Of a stretch of 64,000 nt of DNA, positions 13,401-27,851 are shown in pieces (positions within the stretch are counted from its first letter, which is position 1; the number at the start of each line of letters is the position of its first letter). Below the pieces are notes generated by a model. It did no database searches. It saw only the letters and a program-made list of their open reading frames with translations, and was not told the DNA's origin. Source of the stretch: the human T2T-CHM13v2.0 reference genome, Homo sapiens. The stretch lies in assembly GCF_009914755.1 (NCBI RefSeq), contig NC_060939.1; one strand, 5' to 3'. The position numbers were made by a program, and so were the translations under genes.

Positions 13401-15872
13401 CATAGCGTCTTTAAACTCAAGCATTTGTTGAAAGTGAAGGTCAGCTATTCTGGCTCTCTATTCCCCTCAGCCTAGCAGAACTGCACTTTTCCTGAGGAGA
13501 AGTGGGTCCTGGGTGTCCTCCACAATCACAAGTAATATTCAAGTCAGAAAGGAGAAAGGGGCTCCCTTTGCGAAGTGAAAGTTCCTACACACTTAGGATA
13601 GCCTGGACCCCTCAGTAGAAAGCCTTCTTACTAACCACCAGCCCCCTGCCCTCACTTCCATTCTTCTCTCAATACTGCAGTCCAGACACCCGCTGAACTG
13701 ACCGGGGGAATGCAGCTGAGCAGGTAAGGCTTGGGCTGCAGCATCAGAGAGGCAACCCCAGCTAGCTGAGCTCAGTCCTGGATTGGGAAGGACCAGCATC
13801 TGTAGCCTCCTGAAATTTGTGTGGCATGGGAGGGACTGCATTCGATTTGGAATTGATCTCTGTGTTGAACTCTCCTACATTTCATTCACAAATAGCTAGG
13901 ATTAACTGAGCTTTATCTCTCCCAGTGGCCTACGTGCATCTGTTTCCTAATGAAACCATCAACTTGTCTTCTTAAGGGGCAACCCCAACCTGTCTTGGGA
14001 GACTCAAAAGAACCTAAGTGGCAGATGGAATCTATTTTTATTTGCTGCAAAGTGGTTTTTCTCTTTTTTTCTTTCATGTGTCCTTCCCTATGTATAAGCC
14101 TCAGTTCAAATGTTTAGGAAAACACTTGATTTTGCTGTTCAGACAAAATTTATGAAGTAATGTTTCCAAAGAGAGTAAAGCTGTCCGATGTACCAATCTT
14201 AAGTAGCCCTAAATATAGTGGCTTGCTTTGTGGTCTAAGATTCTCCAGAATCTGCTATCTTCAAAATTATTTTGCCATCTCATGGACCCAAATGCCAAAT
14301 CATGTCTTAGGCCCAAGAGATTATGTATCCAAATGGTAAGGAAATCTAAAGTCTTCTGCCTGCTAGTTCTTTGAATAAAAGAGTATATAGCCTTTAAAAA
14401 AATTACATATACAAATTCCCCCATTCCCCGACTACCTCGTATATAGAGAATATACCTATGTGTAATAATATCTCAGGGATTAATGTAATATGGTATTGTG
14501 GCCAAAGCAGATGTGTGAAATCACAGCAAATAAATTAACACTGCATTAAGAATCAAATCATTCCTGCTGACACATAATCTTTCACTTTTATATCAAGTCG
14601 TGATTCCCATTCACATCAGGAGCTTCCCAGGGGGGCTCATTAAACCTGCACAAAGAGATTTCTTTGAAGTCAGTGCTATTCCCATGAATAGCATTCAGCT
14701 ACAGTGCAGAAGAGCCTGCCCGCCTGGTGTCTAGGCACCCTTCCCTTCACTCTCATTGTTGCTGTCCAGCCAGAGGCCCAGCAAGGCAGGCTATAGCAGG
14801 GCTTCCTGCTGAGTGCCTTTCTAGTCTGTATGAAAGAGATGAGGAAATTGCAGGGGAAATGCACATCGGTAGGACCTGCCCTTGACAGAATTGTTAAGCT
14901 GGGAGAATATATTTCTTTTCCCACATGTGCCCTTCCTGCTCTTCTTCCACATCAGAGTGTACTGCTACAAGAGCTAAAAGTTGGATCCATCCCGGTGCCA
15001 AGATTATTAAGAGGAATTGGTATTCATCCCAAAAGAACCTTCTCTAAGATCTGAAGCTTACATTCAAGGTTCCTTCTTGCGCTCATAATTGTACGTGGAC
15101 TCCCCTGGTTGCCTGATATCTTGACTTCCTGAAATTCAGCTAATTTCTGTTTTTGCTGGGACTCTGGGGGCTCAGGCATTACTCAGCACAGAGGCTTTTG
15201 TATTTTTCTAGTTCTTGTCAACTACTTGCCTTCTGATCAACTCTTAGGCACCAACATTCAAATCTAGCGTGAAGAGCCTCTTGTTTCTGCAGCTGAGGTG
15301 AGGCTGGAAAGGAGCTACCACTCACTTATTGCTCATCTCATGCTCAGCCAAGGGTTTGTCACGAGCATGGACTCCAACTTGCCCATGTGGTCTGGCTCAG
15401 TCATCTCTGACCTTCAGATTCTCACACTGTCTCTTTTTGGTATATACTCATCATTCCACCTTGACTATAGACTGCCTTGGTCAACTCTTTCCTGGAACTT
15501 ACCTTGAATTCATATCCTATTGACCTTAGAGCCTCCCACCATTGTGCTTCATGCAGTCCCTGCATGTCACTCCACCACCATAAAGGAAAGTAATCCGATA
15601 AACGAGCGCACACCAGAGTGTTAATAACCGATAACCACTTAATGTATTATCCTTCTCAGAAGAATTATCCTCATTTAAGTTGCAAAGCCTTCATCCAAAG
15701 AAATGAAATTTCCTAGGTAGTTTTCCAAACACTATGCATAAGGAGAGAATAGCTGTTTGGGGGCAAGGGTGTAGTGTTATGAGCCCTCCCAAATGACACC
15801 ACACAAGCACTTGCTTCTTTTATTGATCGACAAAGTGCTCCTACTTGTGGAAATACAGAAATTACACAAATG

Positions 15873-16052
15873 TAATGATTCTTAAACTTTACTACACCAT
15901 AGAATCACATGGGGAGCTTTGAAAAATCCCAGTGCCTAAGCTGTACCCCGACCAATTAACTCAGCATTTCTGGAGGTGAGATCTATGCTTTAATATATAT
16001 TTTTAAAACTCTCCAGGTGATTTCAATAGGCAGTCACGTTTGAGCACTAATA
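15873..16052. mobile_element. MER5A-like hAT MITE
   Basis: TTCTTAAACTT...AGAATCACATGGGGAGCTT...CTCCAGGTGATT...GTTTGAG pattern. Confidence 0.7.
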
Positions 16053-17149
16053 CAATAATATATGCTACCAACTACTCAGGCATAACAGCCTTGCAGGGCT
16101 TTTTCCTCATGCTGGGGATGGTGCTTCTGGACACAAAGTCAAAATTTCATTCTGAAAATGTGTTCATGTGGTTCTGTATGTACTTAATATAATCCATACA
16201 GGCTAAGTAGTTAGTTGCTAAACTGCAAACACCCATCTCATTTCATCTCAGTCTACTCCTGGCCATCTGGTCCTCTGTATTCCCATTATAGGGCCATGTG
16301 TGTATTAATGAAATGATTGCATCCGATTACATCTTTTATTCAGAACACAAGAAGAACGGTCCATGGATTTTGTGCTTCAGCATCACTGTTTCTCTCATGA
16401 TGTCAATAATTACATTTTTCTATTTTATGCAGAAGTGGGATGGTCTTCCATTAAGGTAAGAGTATAGATCAAATGTGTTATTGCTTACAATACAATTTCA
16501 GTACTGCTGTCTGGGGTCTATAGAATAGATATTTCAATCAAAAGCATAGAATTTCCTGAGCCAGATACTTGTTAGTGACCTCCATTTTAAAATGTCTGTT
16601 GTATAGTTCATGATAATGACCAAGTTGTGACAACTGATACAGAGGAGGAATCCACTAAGAGTTGAGCTAGTCACTTTTTTCTCTAATTTTGCTAAACTTT
16701 ATCTCTACAACAGGTCAGATGATCAGAAAGCTACATGTCTAGACTGGTATTAATCTGTCATTGCTTGGTGGTATAGCGAATGGTGTGGGGGAAGGACTAA
16801 CTTCTTAACCCAAATACTTTCCACAGCCTTTTGTGTTATTGTTGCAACCAAGGCAATTCTCTTCCTAAGGAAAATTATAGTGCCAGCTGTTCAAATAAAA
16901 ACAAATTTTCCTTCTGGTGACACTTGAATGAACAAATATGAATAAAAAATGGATGAATGAGTTAATAGCATGGTATTCTCTCTTTATCTACTGGTCACAT
17001 TATCTCTTACACCTCTACCTTTCTGGAGTACACATCTAAAAACCGATAGATGTGCATGGATATCTACTGTGTGTGCACATGCACCGCTGCAACCAAATTC
17101 TTCCAGCCCATTAATATTTAATCTTTACAGATACAGAATCTTAGCCCTC

Positions 17150-17815
17150 TCATTCATTCATTTGTTGAATGAAGATTTATTCTTTGCTTACTATGTGCCA
17201 GGGAGATATAGCAGTAAACGAAACAACATGGTCCCTGACCTCATGGAGTTTAAAATCTAGCAAGAGAGGCATAGACTATTTAATCAAACATTAATTAACC
17301 AAGTAATCTAAAGTACTAAAGTGTAATTTTAAAACTGTGGTAAGTAACTACTGTAGATAGCTCTGAGATGTGCAGCCCTGAGTACAGAATGGGGCAGGGA
17401 GGGGCTGACCTACTTTCTGGGGAAGGGTTAGGGACTGAAAGGGAATCTTCAGCTGAGCTCTAAAGGAAGAGGAAGCCAGATGAAAGAGGTGGAAGAAGAG
17501 CTTTCTGAGCGGGAGGAACAGCAGTAAACAGGCCCTGTGGTAGGAAAGAGTCGCACATTCAAAGAACTGCAAGGTCTCTCTGACTGGTCCACAGCAAAGG
17601 AGAAAGAAGTTTGAGACAAGGCTGGAGAGACAGGCAGGGCCATATAGGCTAGGATAGAGTTGTTAGCATTTTCCCTAAGAGTAATGTGCAGTATTTGAAG
17701 GCATGTAAGAGGAAAGTGACATGATATTTGTTTCTTAAAGTTCAATCTATTTGCATTACAGTTAGAATAGATTGGAGGAGGTTGGCAAGAGTGCATGCAA
17801 GAAAACTAGTGACAA
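17150..17815 (-). mobile_element. L2 3' fragment
   Basis: CATTCATTCATT end followed by TACTATGTGCCAGG and GTCCCTGACCTCATGGAG, typical of L2. Confidence 0.65.
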
Positions 17816-17959
17816 TACTAACATTGCTGATTGGTTATACTCAAGTTCAAGCACACCTCAGAGATAGTTTGTGTCCAGAGCACTGCAATAAAGCAAATAG
17901 CACAATAAAGTGAGTCACATAAATTTTTGGTTTTCCGATGCATATAAACGTTATGTTTA

Positions 17960-18276
17960 GGCTGGACACGGTGGCTCACTCCTGTAATCCTAGTGCTTTA
18001 GGGGGCGAGACCGGAGAATTGCTTGAGCCCAGGAATTTGAGACCAGCTTGGGCAACACTGGGAGACCCTGTCGCTACAAAAAATTTAAAAATACCTGGGC
18101 ATGGTGGCGCTTGCCTATATTCCCAGCTACTCAGGAGGCTGAGGTGGGAGCATCACTTGAGACCCAGAGTTTGAGGCTGCAGTGTGCCATGATCATATCA
18201 CTGGACTCCATCCTGGACAACAGAGTGACACCCTGTCTCAAAAACAAAACAAAATAAAACAAGACAAACAAAAAAT
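17960..18276 (+). mobile_element. AluJ-like, inside Tigger1
   Basis: Dimeric Alu; TSD AACGTTATGTTTA at 17947-17959 and 18277-18289. Confidence 0.93.
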
Positions 18277-18456
18277 AACGTTATGTTTACACTATATTGT
18301 AGTCTCTTAAGTGTGCAATAACATTGTGTCTAAAAAATAATGGATATTTCTTAATTCAAAAATTCTTTATTGCTAAAAATGCTAATGATCATCCAAGCTT
18401 TCGGCCAGTCATAATTTTTCTGCTGGTAGAGGATCTTGCCTCGATGTTGATGGCTA

Positions 18457-18858
<402 letters not shown>

Positions 18859-20208
18859 CTATTAACTTTTCATTTCACAAAAGATTTATCTATGACGTGC
18901 AATACTGATAGCATTTTACCCACAATAGAACATCTTTCAAAATTGAAGTCAACCCTCTCAAACCCTGCCACTACTTTATCAACTAAGCTTACGTCGTAGT
19001 CTAAATTCTTTGTTGTCATTTCAACAATGTTCACAGCATCTTTACCAGGAGTAGATTCCATCTCAAGAAACTGCTTTCTTTGTTCATTCTTAAGAAGCAA
19101 CTCCACATCTTTTCAAATTGTATCATGTAATTGCTTCAATTCAGTTGCATCTTTAGGCTCCACTTCTAATTCTAGTTCTCTTCTATTTCTACCACATCTG
19201 CAGTTAATTTCTCCACTGAAGTATTGAACTCCTTGAAGTCATTTATGAGGGTTGAGGTCAACTTTTCCTAAACTCCTGTTCATGTTAAAATTTTGACCAC
19301 CTCCCATGAATCACAAATGTTCTCAATGGCATCTAGAATGATGAATCCATTGCAGAAAGGTTTTCAATTTACTTTGTCCAGATCCATCAGAGGAATCACT
19401 GTCTAAGACAGCTATTGTCCTATGAAATGTATTTCTTACATAGTATGACTTCAAAGTCAAAATTATTCTTTGATTCACGGGGTACAGAATGGATGTTGTG
19501 TTAGCAGACATGAAAACATTAGTCTCCTTGTACATCTCTATCAGAGGTCTTGGGTGACTACACACATGTCAATGAGCAGTAATATTTTGAGAGGTATTAG
19601 TTTTATTTGTTGTTGTTGTTTTTGTTAGATCTACTGATCTCAACAGTGGGCTTGAAATTTTCAGCAAACCATGCTATAAACTGATGTTTGGTCATCCAGG
19701 CTTTGTTGTTCCATTTACAGAGCATAAGCAGAGTAAATTTATCGTAATTCTTAGTGGGCCTAGAATTGTTGGAATGATAAATAAGCATTGGTTTCAATTT
19801 AAAGTCACCAGCTACATTAGGCCTTAACAAGACAGTCTGTCCTTTGAAGCCTTGAAGCTAGGCACTGACTTCTCTCTAGCTATAAAAGTCCTACATGGCA
19901 TCTTCTTCCAATAGAAGGCTGTTTTGTCTGCATTTAAAATCTGTGGTTTAGTGTAGCTACCTTCATCAAAGATCTTAACTAGATCTTCTGGATAATGTGC
20001 TGCAGCTTCTACATCAACACTTTCTGCTTCACCTTGCACTTTTATGTTATGGAAATCGTTTCTTTTCTTAAATGTAATGAACCAACCCTCTGCTGGCTTC
20101 TAACTTTTCTTCTGCAGCTTTCTCACCTCTCTTAGCCTTCATAGAATTGAAAAGAGTTAGGGCCTTGCTCTAGATTAGGTTTTGGCTTAAAAGAATGTTG
20201 TGGTTTGA

Positions 20209-20615
<407 letters not shown>

Positions 20616-22582
20616 CCAAGAACTTTTTCCTTGCATTCACAACCTGGTTGTTTGGAGCAAGAGGCCTAACTTTTGGCCTGTCTCAGCTTTCAACGTGCCT
20701 TCCTCACTAAGCTTAATTATTTCTAGCTTTTGATTTAAAGTGAGAGATGTATGACTCGTCCTTTCACTTGAACACTTAAAGGCCACTGTAGGATTATTAA
20801 CTGACCGAATTTCAATATTCTTGTATCTCAGGGAATAGAAGGCCCAAAGAGAAGGAGAGAGATGAGGGAAGGGTCAGTTAGTGGAGCAGTCAGAACACAC
20901 ATGTTTATAGATTACGTTCACATGTGGGCATGTGTGGGCATAGTTCATGGTGCCCCAAAACAATTGTAATAGTAACATCAAAGATGATGGATCGTGGATC
21001 ACCATAACATATGCTAATAATGAAAACATTTGAAATAATTATGCAAATTACCAAAATGTAATATAGAGACACGAAGTGTGCACATGCTGTTGGAAATATG
21101 ACACCACTAGACTTGCTTGATGCAGGGTTGCCGCAAACCTTCAAGCACAGTGTATTAAGCACAGTGTTTGCAATGTGCAATAAAATAAGGTATGCATGTA
21201 ACACCCATATGCACTTAGCTTCCTTCCCTTGAGGACTAGAAACACCTCGAGGATTTAGCCTTGTCTGCTGCCAGGTAAATGAGAGATGACTCCTCAGAGC
21301 CATCGTCAAGCATTGTCATTATGTAGGAAATAAATAGGCCCTGATTATAATGGTCAACATAAAGACCTTTATGATTAGTTGAATCTTAAATGGCAATTAC
21401 TAATTGCAATGCCTTTTTCAAACATGTTTTTCTCTGGGTGCAGTAAATACATTGTGGAAGGCAGTCCCCTGGTATCTAGCAATTTTAACGAGGCAGTAAG
21501 AGTGGGCTCCCCAGTTAGGGAGGCCAGGACTTCTGTGCACCCTTTTTTTTTTCCTTAGAAACCCAGGTTTTGCCTGAGCTCTACAGTTCAGTCATGGCCA
21601 GGGCCAAGTCTAGGTAGAAGGTGGGGTTTGTTGGAGGATAAAGATCATTTTGAGACATTAATGTCTGAGAATTTCCAGAGATTTTGGTCATTCCTTTTGA
21701 GTAAAATTACTTATAGATGACACAATCATCAAATAAGACTAAGGAGATCAATACTGCTATTTATAAACAAATCGTGAACAGAACAAAATAAAAGCCGTCT
21801 TCTTAAGAATATATAGATTTTCTCCAGATTTGGTGCGATAACTCAAACAATTTCTGAGACTTGAAACTGTCTTCAGGGCCCCTTGTTAGTACGTAAGAAA
21901 ATCCTAATTACTTGAAAAATCACACCTAATTTTTTTACTGTAAGTTGTGCCAGCTTCGTTATCCAATTACTTTTTATTATTGGATTCTGAAAATATATAT
22001 TTTAATGAGTCTGATTTGAAAGAAGGAGACAAAATGTTTTGCCCCTGTATCATGTAGAATTTCTCGCCAACTCTGAGCTGGGATTCAGGTTCTCCAACTT
22101 ACAAGTTGAGAGGTTTTCTTGTGTTGACCACTAAATAGCCAGTGACTTTCGGTTATTTACAAAATCAAATTCCCCTTCAAATAATGAGTTTGCCTTTACT
22201 GAGGATATTTATAAACATGTTTGCCAGCTCCAGAAAGAACAGCGGATGAGTTCCTAAAATGTTCTATGCAGAGGCAGCATGCTGTAATATGTACATGACC
22301 TTCCAAATGGTACTCAAGAGGGGCTGCTTTGAAGTGTGTGGTTATGCACACCATCAAGCTTTATACATGTTGATGAGATGGGGCGGGAGTCCATGCAGGC
22401 TTTTTTGATGAATGGACAGATCATACAGGATAGGTTTACCTTTCATTCAAAGTGTGTTTCCTAAGAATAGTATTACTAACAATATCACCACCTTATGTTT
22501 GCTTCATACCTTAGTATCTTAGCATTTCCAGAGCACTTTTTTCCCCTGGAAAAACTTATTTAATTATTGATGTGTTATTTCT

Positions 22583-22883
<301 letters not shown>

Positions 22884-23449
22884 TTGATGTGTTATTTCTA
22901 TAAGAATATCTTATTTTATTTAGAAGATCTTGGAACTATGTTCTAAAGTATGATACATAATTGATATTTATCATTTAGTACAGTCTTTAAAACTTCAAGA
23001 AACCTGTATGAGAAAAATAAATTACCTAAAGCAAAAAGTTTAGATACCTGTGTGCTAAATGTAACAGATATTTAATAGGTTTAATCTATGCGAAGAAGAC
23101 AGGTTTTGTTTGTTTGTTTGTCCCTCTCTTCCATATAATTTTATACATCTTGACAACTACTGGAGAAATAAATACTCAAGCTACTACTAGTTAAATGCAT
23201 AAACTGCAAGAACTACTGCAATCTCTCTGAGGGTCATTCAATGCCTATTAATCCAGAGCACTTTTTAAAGCACTAATATCATGTCTAATCTCCCTAACAA
23301 TCCTTGAGTATGAAACATAGGTCATCAACAAACTGGACACTGGTGCCCAGTTATCTATCTGCAGCCCAGAACTCTGCCGAGCTCCACACGATTGCCCCAC
23401 AGATGCCTAGAAGCCAAAATATTGATAACAGGACTCAATATTTTCTTCC

Positions 23450-23918
23450 ACAACTCTCTCCTATTCTGTCATCCCCCAGATCCGTTTTCTGCCATTCTCA
23501 GCCCTGCTCTGTGTCCTGGGAGGCTGACCTTTACAGACTGCAACTTTGGGTTTGCGTTTGAATTTGGCTAAGTGGAAGTCCTGGCAGAAGATTGACAGGT
23601 GAAAGAGGTGCAAGGTCAGGCATTTACTCCTCCCTGTTTCTTGAAGTTCTGGCTCCATCTCTTTGTGATTAGTTTCAGTTTCTTCCATGGGCCCCAGGTC
23701 TCACAGCATTCAGGTAATTCTATTTCTTTCCCTTGTCCCTGTGAACCTTTGGGTAGTAAAAGCTTCCTACTGTTGCTAGACCTTGGGTATCTCAGTATTC
23801 TTTGTTGGTTCCCTTAAACCTGCCCACACATCTATAGAAAGTTCCTTGATTGAAAAGTTTCTTCAAAAATCACAGCTGAGTGAGTCATGTGTTCCCTGCT
23901 GGAACTCTAACTGATATA
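23450..23918 (+). mobile_element. Old ERVL-type solo LTR (LTR33-like)
   Basis: End resembles LTR33 (GTGTTCCCTGCTGGAACTCTAACTGATATA); GGGAGGCTGACCT near the start. Confidence 0.5.
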
Positions 23919-25499
23919 CACCCATCCTTATTTAGTTTATTTTTATGCCAGGCTGATTGCACAAAATATAACCTAATTGCTCAAGCTAGAAATCTGGAGG
24001 TCCACTCCTACTTCCTCACCCATATATGAAGTCTTTATGACCTGTTTATCCCCTAAATATCTCTAAAAGCATTCTCATTGCTCTCTTCTCTTATAACTTA
24101 TTTGGCCCAAGCCTTTCAAAATAGCCTCCCTATTTATCTTCTAAACATCCTTCATACTGCTAACGGAATGTTCTTTCTATAATGAAATCTGGCCAACTTA
24201 TTTGCATTTCATCAGTGGTTCCTACAGCCTTCTGGAAAGGTCAGACTCATTAGCAAGCCAATAAAGAAAGTTGCTGAAGATCTGGCCTGTACCTATCTTT
24301 CCAGCCTGATTACCTGTCCTCTTGCCACATACTCCTTACATTCCAGCCATAGGGGTCTTTTTGCAGTTCCCCCAAAAACATGCTATTCCCTCTGCAAGGA
24401 ATGCCCCTTCCTCACCTTTCCCACGGGCTGGCTCCAGTTCATTGACCTCAAGCTTCCTCTCCTGCTGTAGCCTCAGAAGGGGGCTATGGCATGAATTAGG
24501 GCAACTTTGGACAAAATGGTGCTGCAGATAGGCTGTCCCTGCTCTCACAAGCTCCAGACCAGTTCTTGTCAGGGGAATTTGGGCAGAAATCTTAGCAGGA
24601 ACTAAGCACCTCTGTGGCACTCTCAAATCCAACTGCCTGTCTTCATCTCTGTCACTGCCCTCATTCAGGTCACTTCTCCTTTCTTCCCTGAATAATTCAT
24701 TTGCCTCCCCAGAGGCCTCCCTGCTCCCATTGACACTCCTGTGCACCCTTTGTGCTGCAGAGTGATTGTCCTGCATTGAAAGTCCAGTCCTTCCTCTCCT
24801 ATTTATGGTTCACCATTAATATAAAACTTTCCGTGTCTTTAGCAGTTTGGCCTTACATAAACTGGCTCTTGTTTCTCTCTTCAGTTTCATCTTTTACAGC
24901 TCCTCCTTGAGCACCTAAGTTTCAGTCATACTGAACTAGCCACAGTCTCCCAAATTCACACTTGTAGTATGCCTCAGGGCACCACATGTGCTGTGCCCTC
25001 TGCCTAGGAAGCCTATTCTTTAGCCTTCTCCTAACCCCTACTTCTTCCTCCAGACTCAGGCCAGCTAGCTATCTAGGGAGACTCCCCTTGCTCCCACCCC
25101 ACCACATCCCTGCGTATTTGTGTCAGGTGCTCCTTCCAGCATGTAATTTTCCATGCCATGTAATAAACGTCCTCACCAATAGACTATAAGCTTATCCAGA
25201 GCAGGAATTGCTTTTGTTTTGTTCCGTTCTGCTTTGGTTTTACTTTTATCCCCTTCAGTACCTAGCATAGGCCCTGCATGTAATAGGCACTCAAATATTT
25301 GCTAAGTGAAGCTTTATGAATAAAGCAGCCGTAGATTGCCAGTCCAGGAGTGAGAGATTTCATGTCCCGGTTTTTCCATGACCAGCAGAATCCATTCATT
25401 AACCCTCCCCTCAGGCACAGCCTTCTGCAGAAATCCTTTCTGACCCTTCCTCTTCTTCTTTAGGCTTGGTGCCCCTTATGGGGGCACATGTTATTGTTT

Positions 25500-25709
25500 T
25501 GAATTTTTTATTTGTATAGACTTAGGTGCAAGTGCAGTTGTGTTACATGGATATATTGCATAGTGAAGTGTGGGTTTTCAGTGTAACCAGCACCCAAACA
25601 GTAAACACTGTACCCAATGGGTAGTATTTCATCATTCACCTTCACCCCGCTACTACTCTCCCATTTTTTGGAGTCTACAATGTCTGCTCTTCTACTCTGT
25701 ATGTCCATG
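25500..25709 (-). mobile_element. L1MA-type 3' end fragment
   Basis: T-rich end then CAAGTGCAGTTGTGTTACATGGATATATTGCATAGTG. Confidence 0.75.
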
Positions 25710-27674
25710 GGAGGGCACTTGTTTTTGAAGAGGTAATTTAATGGGATCATGAAAGATTTGGGCCTAAATTCTGCTCTGCCACTTGTTTCTAGCTGTACAA
25801 CTCAAGTTAAATTACTTAACTTTTCTGGGCATCGGCATCCTCCACTAAAAGGCCAGTAGTATCACTGGGTTTCTGGGAGCATCACATGACATATTTCCCG
25901 GCACATTGTAAGTGCTCAATAAACGTTGGTCTCCGTTTCTCCTTTGTGCTCCCTCAGCACCCTGGTCATATCCCATCAGCTCCCTGGTCTGCCTCCCTCC
26001 TTGAACTTGAAGTCTAGAAGTGTATGTTCTAGCTCTCGTTCCACAGGACCCATGGGAAATGCTCAATGACTGTTTGTGGACTGAATAAAATTTCCCATTT
26101 TACTTGTGATCAACCTGAGGCTTAGAGAGATTAAATGACCTGCTCAAATCATGCAGCAAGGAAACGGTTAAACCAAGAACCATGACACAAATCTAATGCT
26201 TCAGCCAATACTTGTTTCATACGGTATTAAACCATGAGATGAATGTATAGTGTAAACCTATATCCATGCGATAGGATCTGTGCACGTGTACACAGGTATG
26301 GCCCCACAAGATATATCAAGTACTAGACACAGTCTCACTTGCCCACATGGAAGAATTGGATTCAGTGTTTATCTCTATCAGCACATGCCCCACCACATAC
26401 CTCAGCTTTCTGGTTCTACCATCTTCCTAAAATAACTACAGTACAATATAATTTGTTGAACAGATAGAGTTTATATTATGGTAGCTACATAAACAGTGTT
26501 CACAACTTAGCAGTGTTATATTCCATAATTCTTTTCTTTCCTGTGCAAAATTCTGTTCTCCCTGGTATGAAAATTTCTGTTTGTGTGTATGCTTGGTTTT
26601 CTAAGGACTTATCACTACTTCAAACCCCAAATTTTCCTCTGTTGCCTCAATCATCTCTCAAAATATTTGAATACATCATGTTCTACAAGTTACATGTTCA
26701 TGGAGAAATATCTTTTGCAACATTCCGACTTCTTCAAACTGGCCTGATTGAGTTTCTGTGTAATTTATTTTTTCTTGATATTCTCTCTTGTTTCGGTGAA
26801 GCCCTTCCTCTGGTAGCTTTTTGAGAAAGAGTCCATGGGAGGAACATTTTAAAGACCTCTCACATCTGCAAGTGAATTCAATCTACTGTTACATAATCAT
26901 TTCCGTCAGAATTTTAAAGTCATTCCTCCACTGTCTTCTAACTTCCAATGTTACATCTGAAAACAAAGTCTTTCTGATTTTTGAAGTAGCGTATGCAACT
27001 TTTTCTTTTAAAGCTTTTGAGATCTTTTCTTTGACCTCAGTATTCTAAAAATCTCACGATAGTATGCTTTGCTTGGTGTGAATCTTTGCTTCATCTACTG
27101 TGCTAGATACGAAGGGGGCCCTTTAAACAATCACCACCACCCCCACCACCACAACAAAACTGATGCCCGTCAGTTCCAGGAAAAGTTGTTGAATTGTTTG
27201 TTGCTGATTTACTTCAAACCAACACCTCCATTTACTCTGTTCTTTCCTTCTAGAAGGTATCACTTGAATCTTGGTCCTCCTGGTCTCATCCTCTAATTTT
27301 TATCTTCCTTTAATCCTCCATCTCTCTGCTTTCTGAGAGATTTCCTCAGCTTTTTCTTGCGTTTCATTTGTTGCATTTTTAAAATATCTATGGTCACATT
27401 TTTAATTTCTGAGAGTTTGTTTGCATTGTCTTTGCTCGTTCTCAGGATAATAATTATAATATTTGATGTTCTCATCTCCTTTTATAGTCTGTCTTTCCTC
27501 TAAACTTTTTAAAATGTTTATTTTGATCTCTGTATTTCACATTAGAGGCTCTTCTCTTCAGATATCTGCTGACTTTTGGTTGTCAACTCATGTTTAGGAA
27601 TGAATAAAGCACTAAGAACCTGATAGGAAATCTGAGAGCACAAGACGGACCTACCAACTATGGGCAATATAGAG

Positions 27675-27851
27675 CTATGGTTCTCGACAGCAGGCAAGAC
27701 ACTGGTGATTGTCACAACTCTGGGAGATAGTACTGGCATCTGGTGGGTAGAGGCCAGGCATGCTGCTAAATATTTTACAAAACACAGGACAGCCCTCATA
27801 ACAAAGAGTGATGCTGCCCAAAAGGTCACTAGATTTTGTTGAGAAACCCAA
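27675..27851. mobile_element. MER20 hAT MITE
   Basis: TACTGGCATCTGGTGGGTAGAGGCCAGGCATGCTGCTAAA...ACAGGACAGCCC...GTTGAGAAACCC. Confidence 0.85.

Noticed and set aside
18870-20039. TIGD1-like transposase gene
   Set aside because: Fragmented by stops, frameshifts and Alus; a decayed Tigger1 copy
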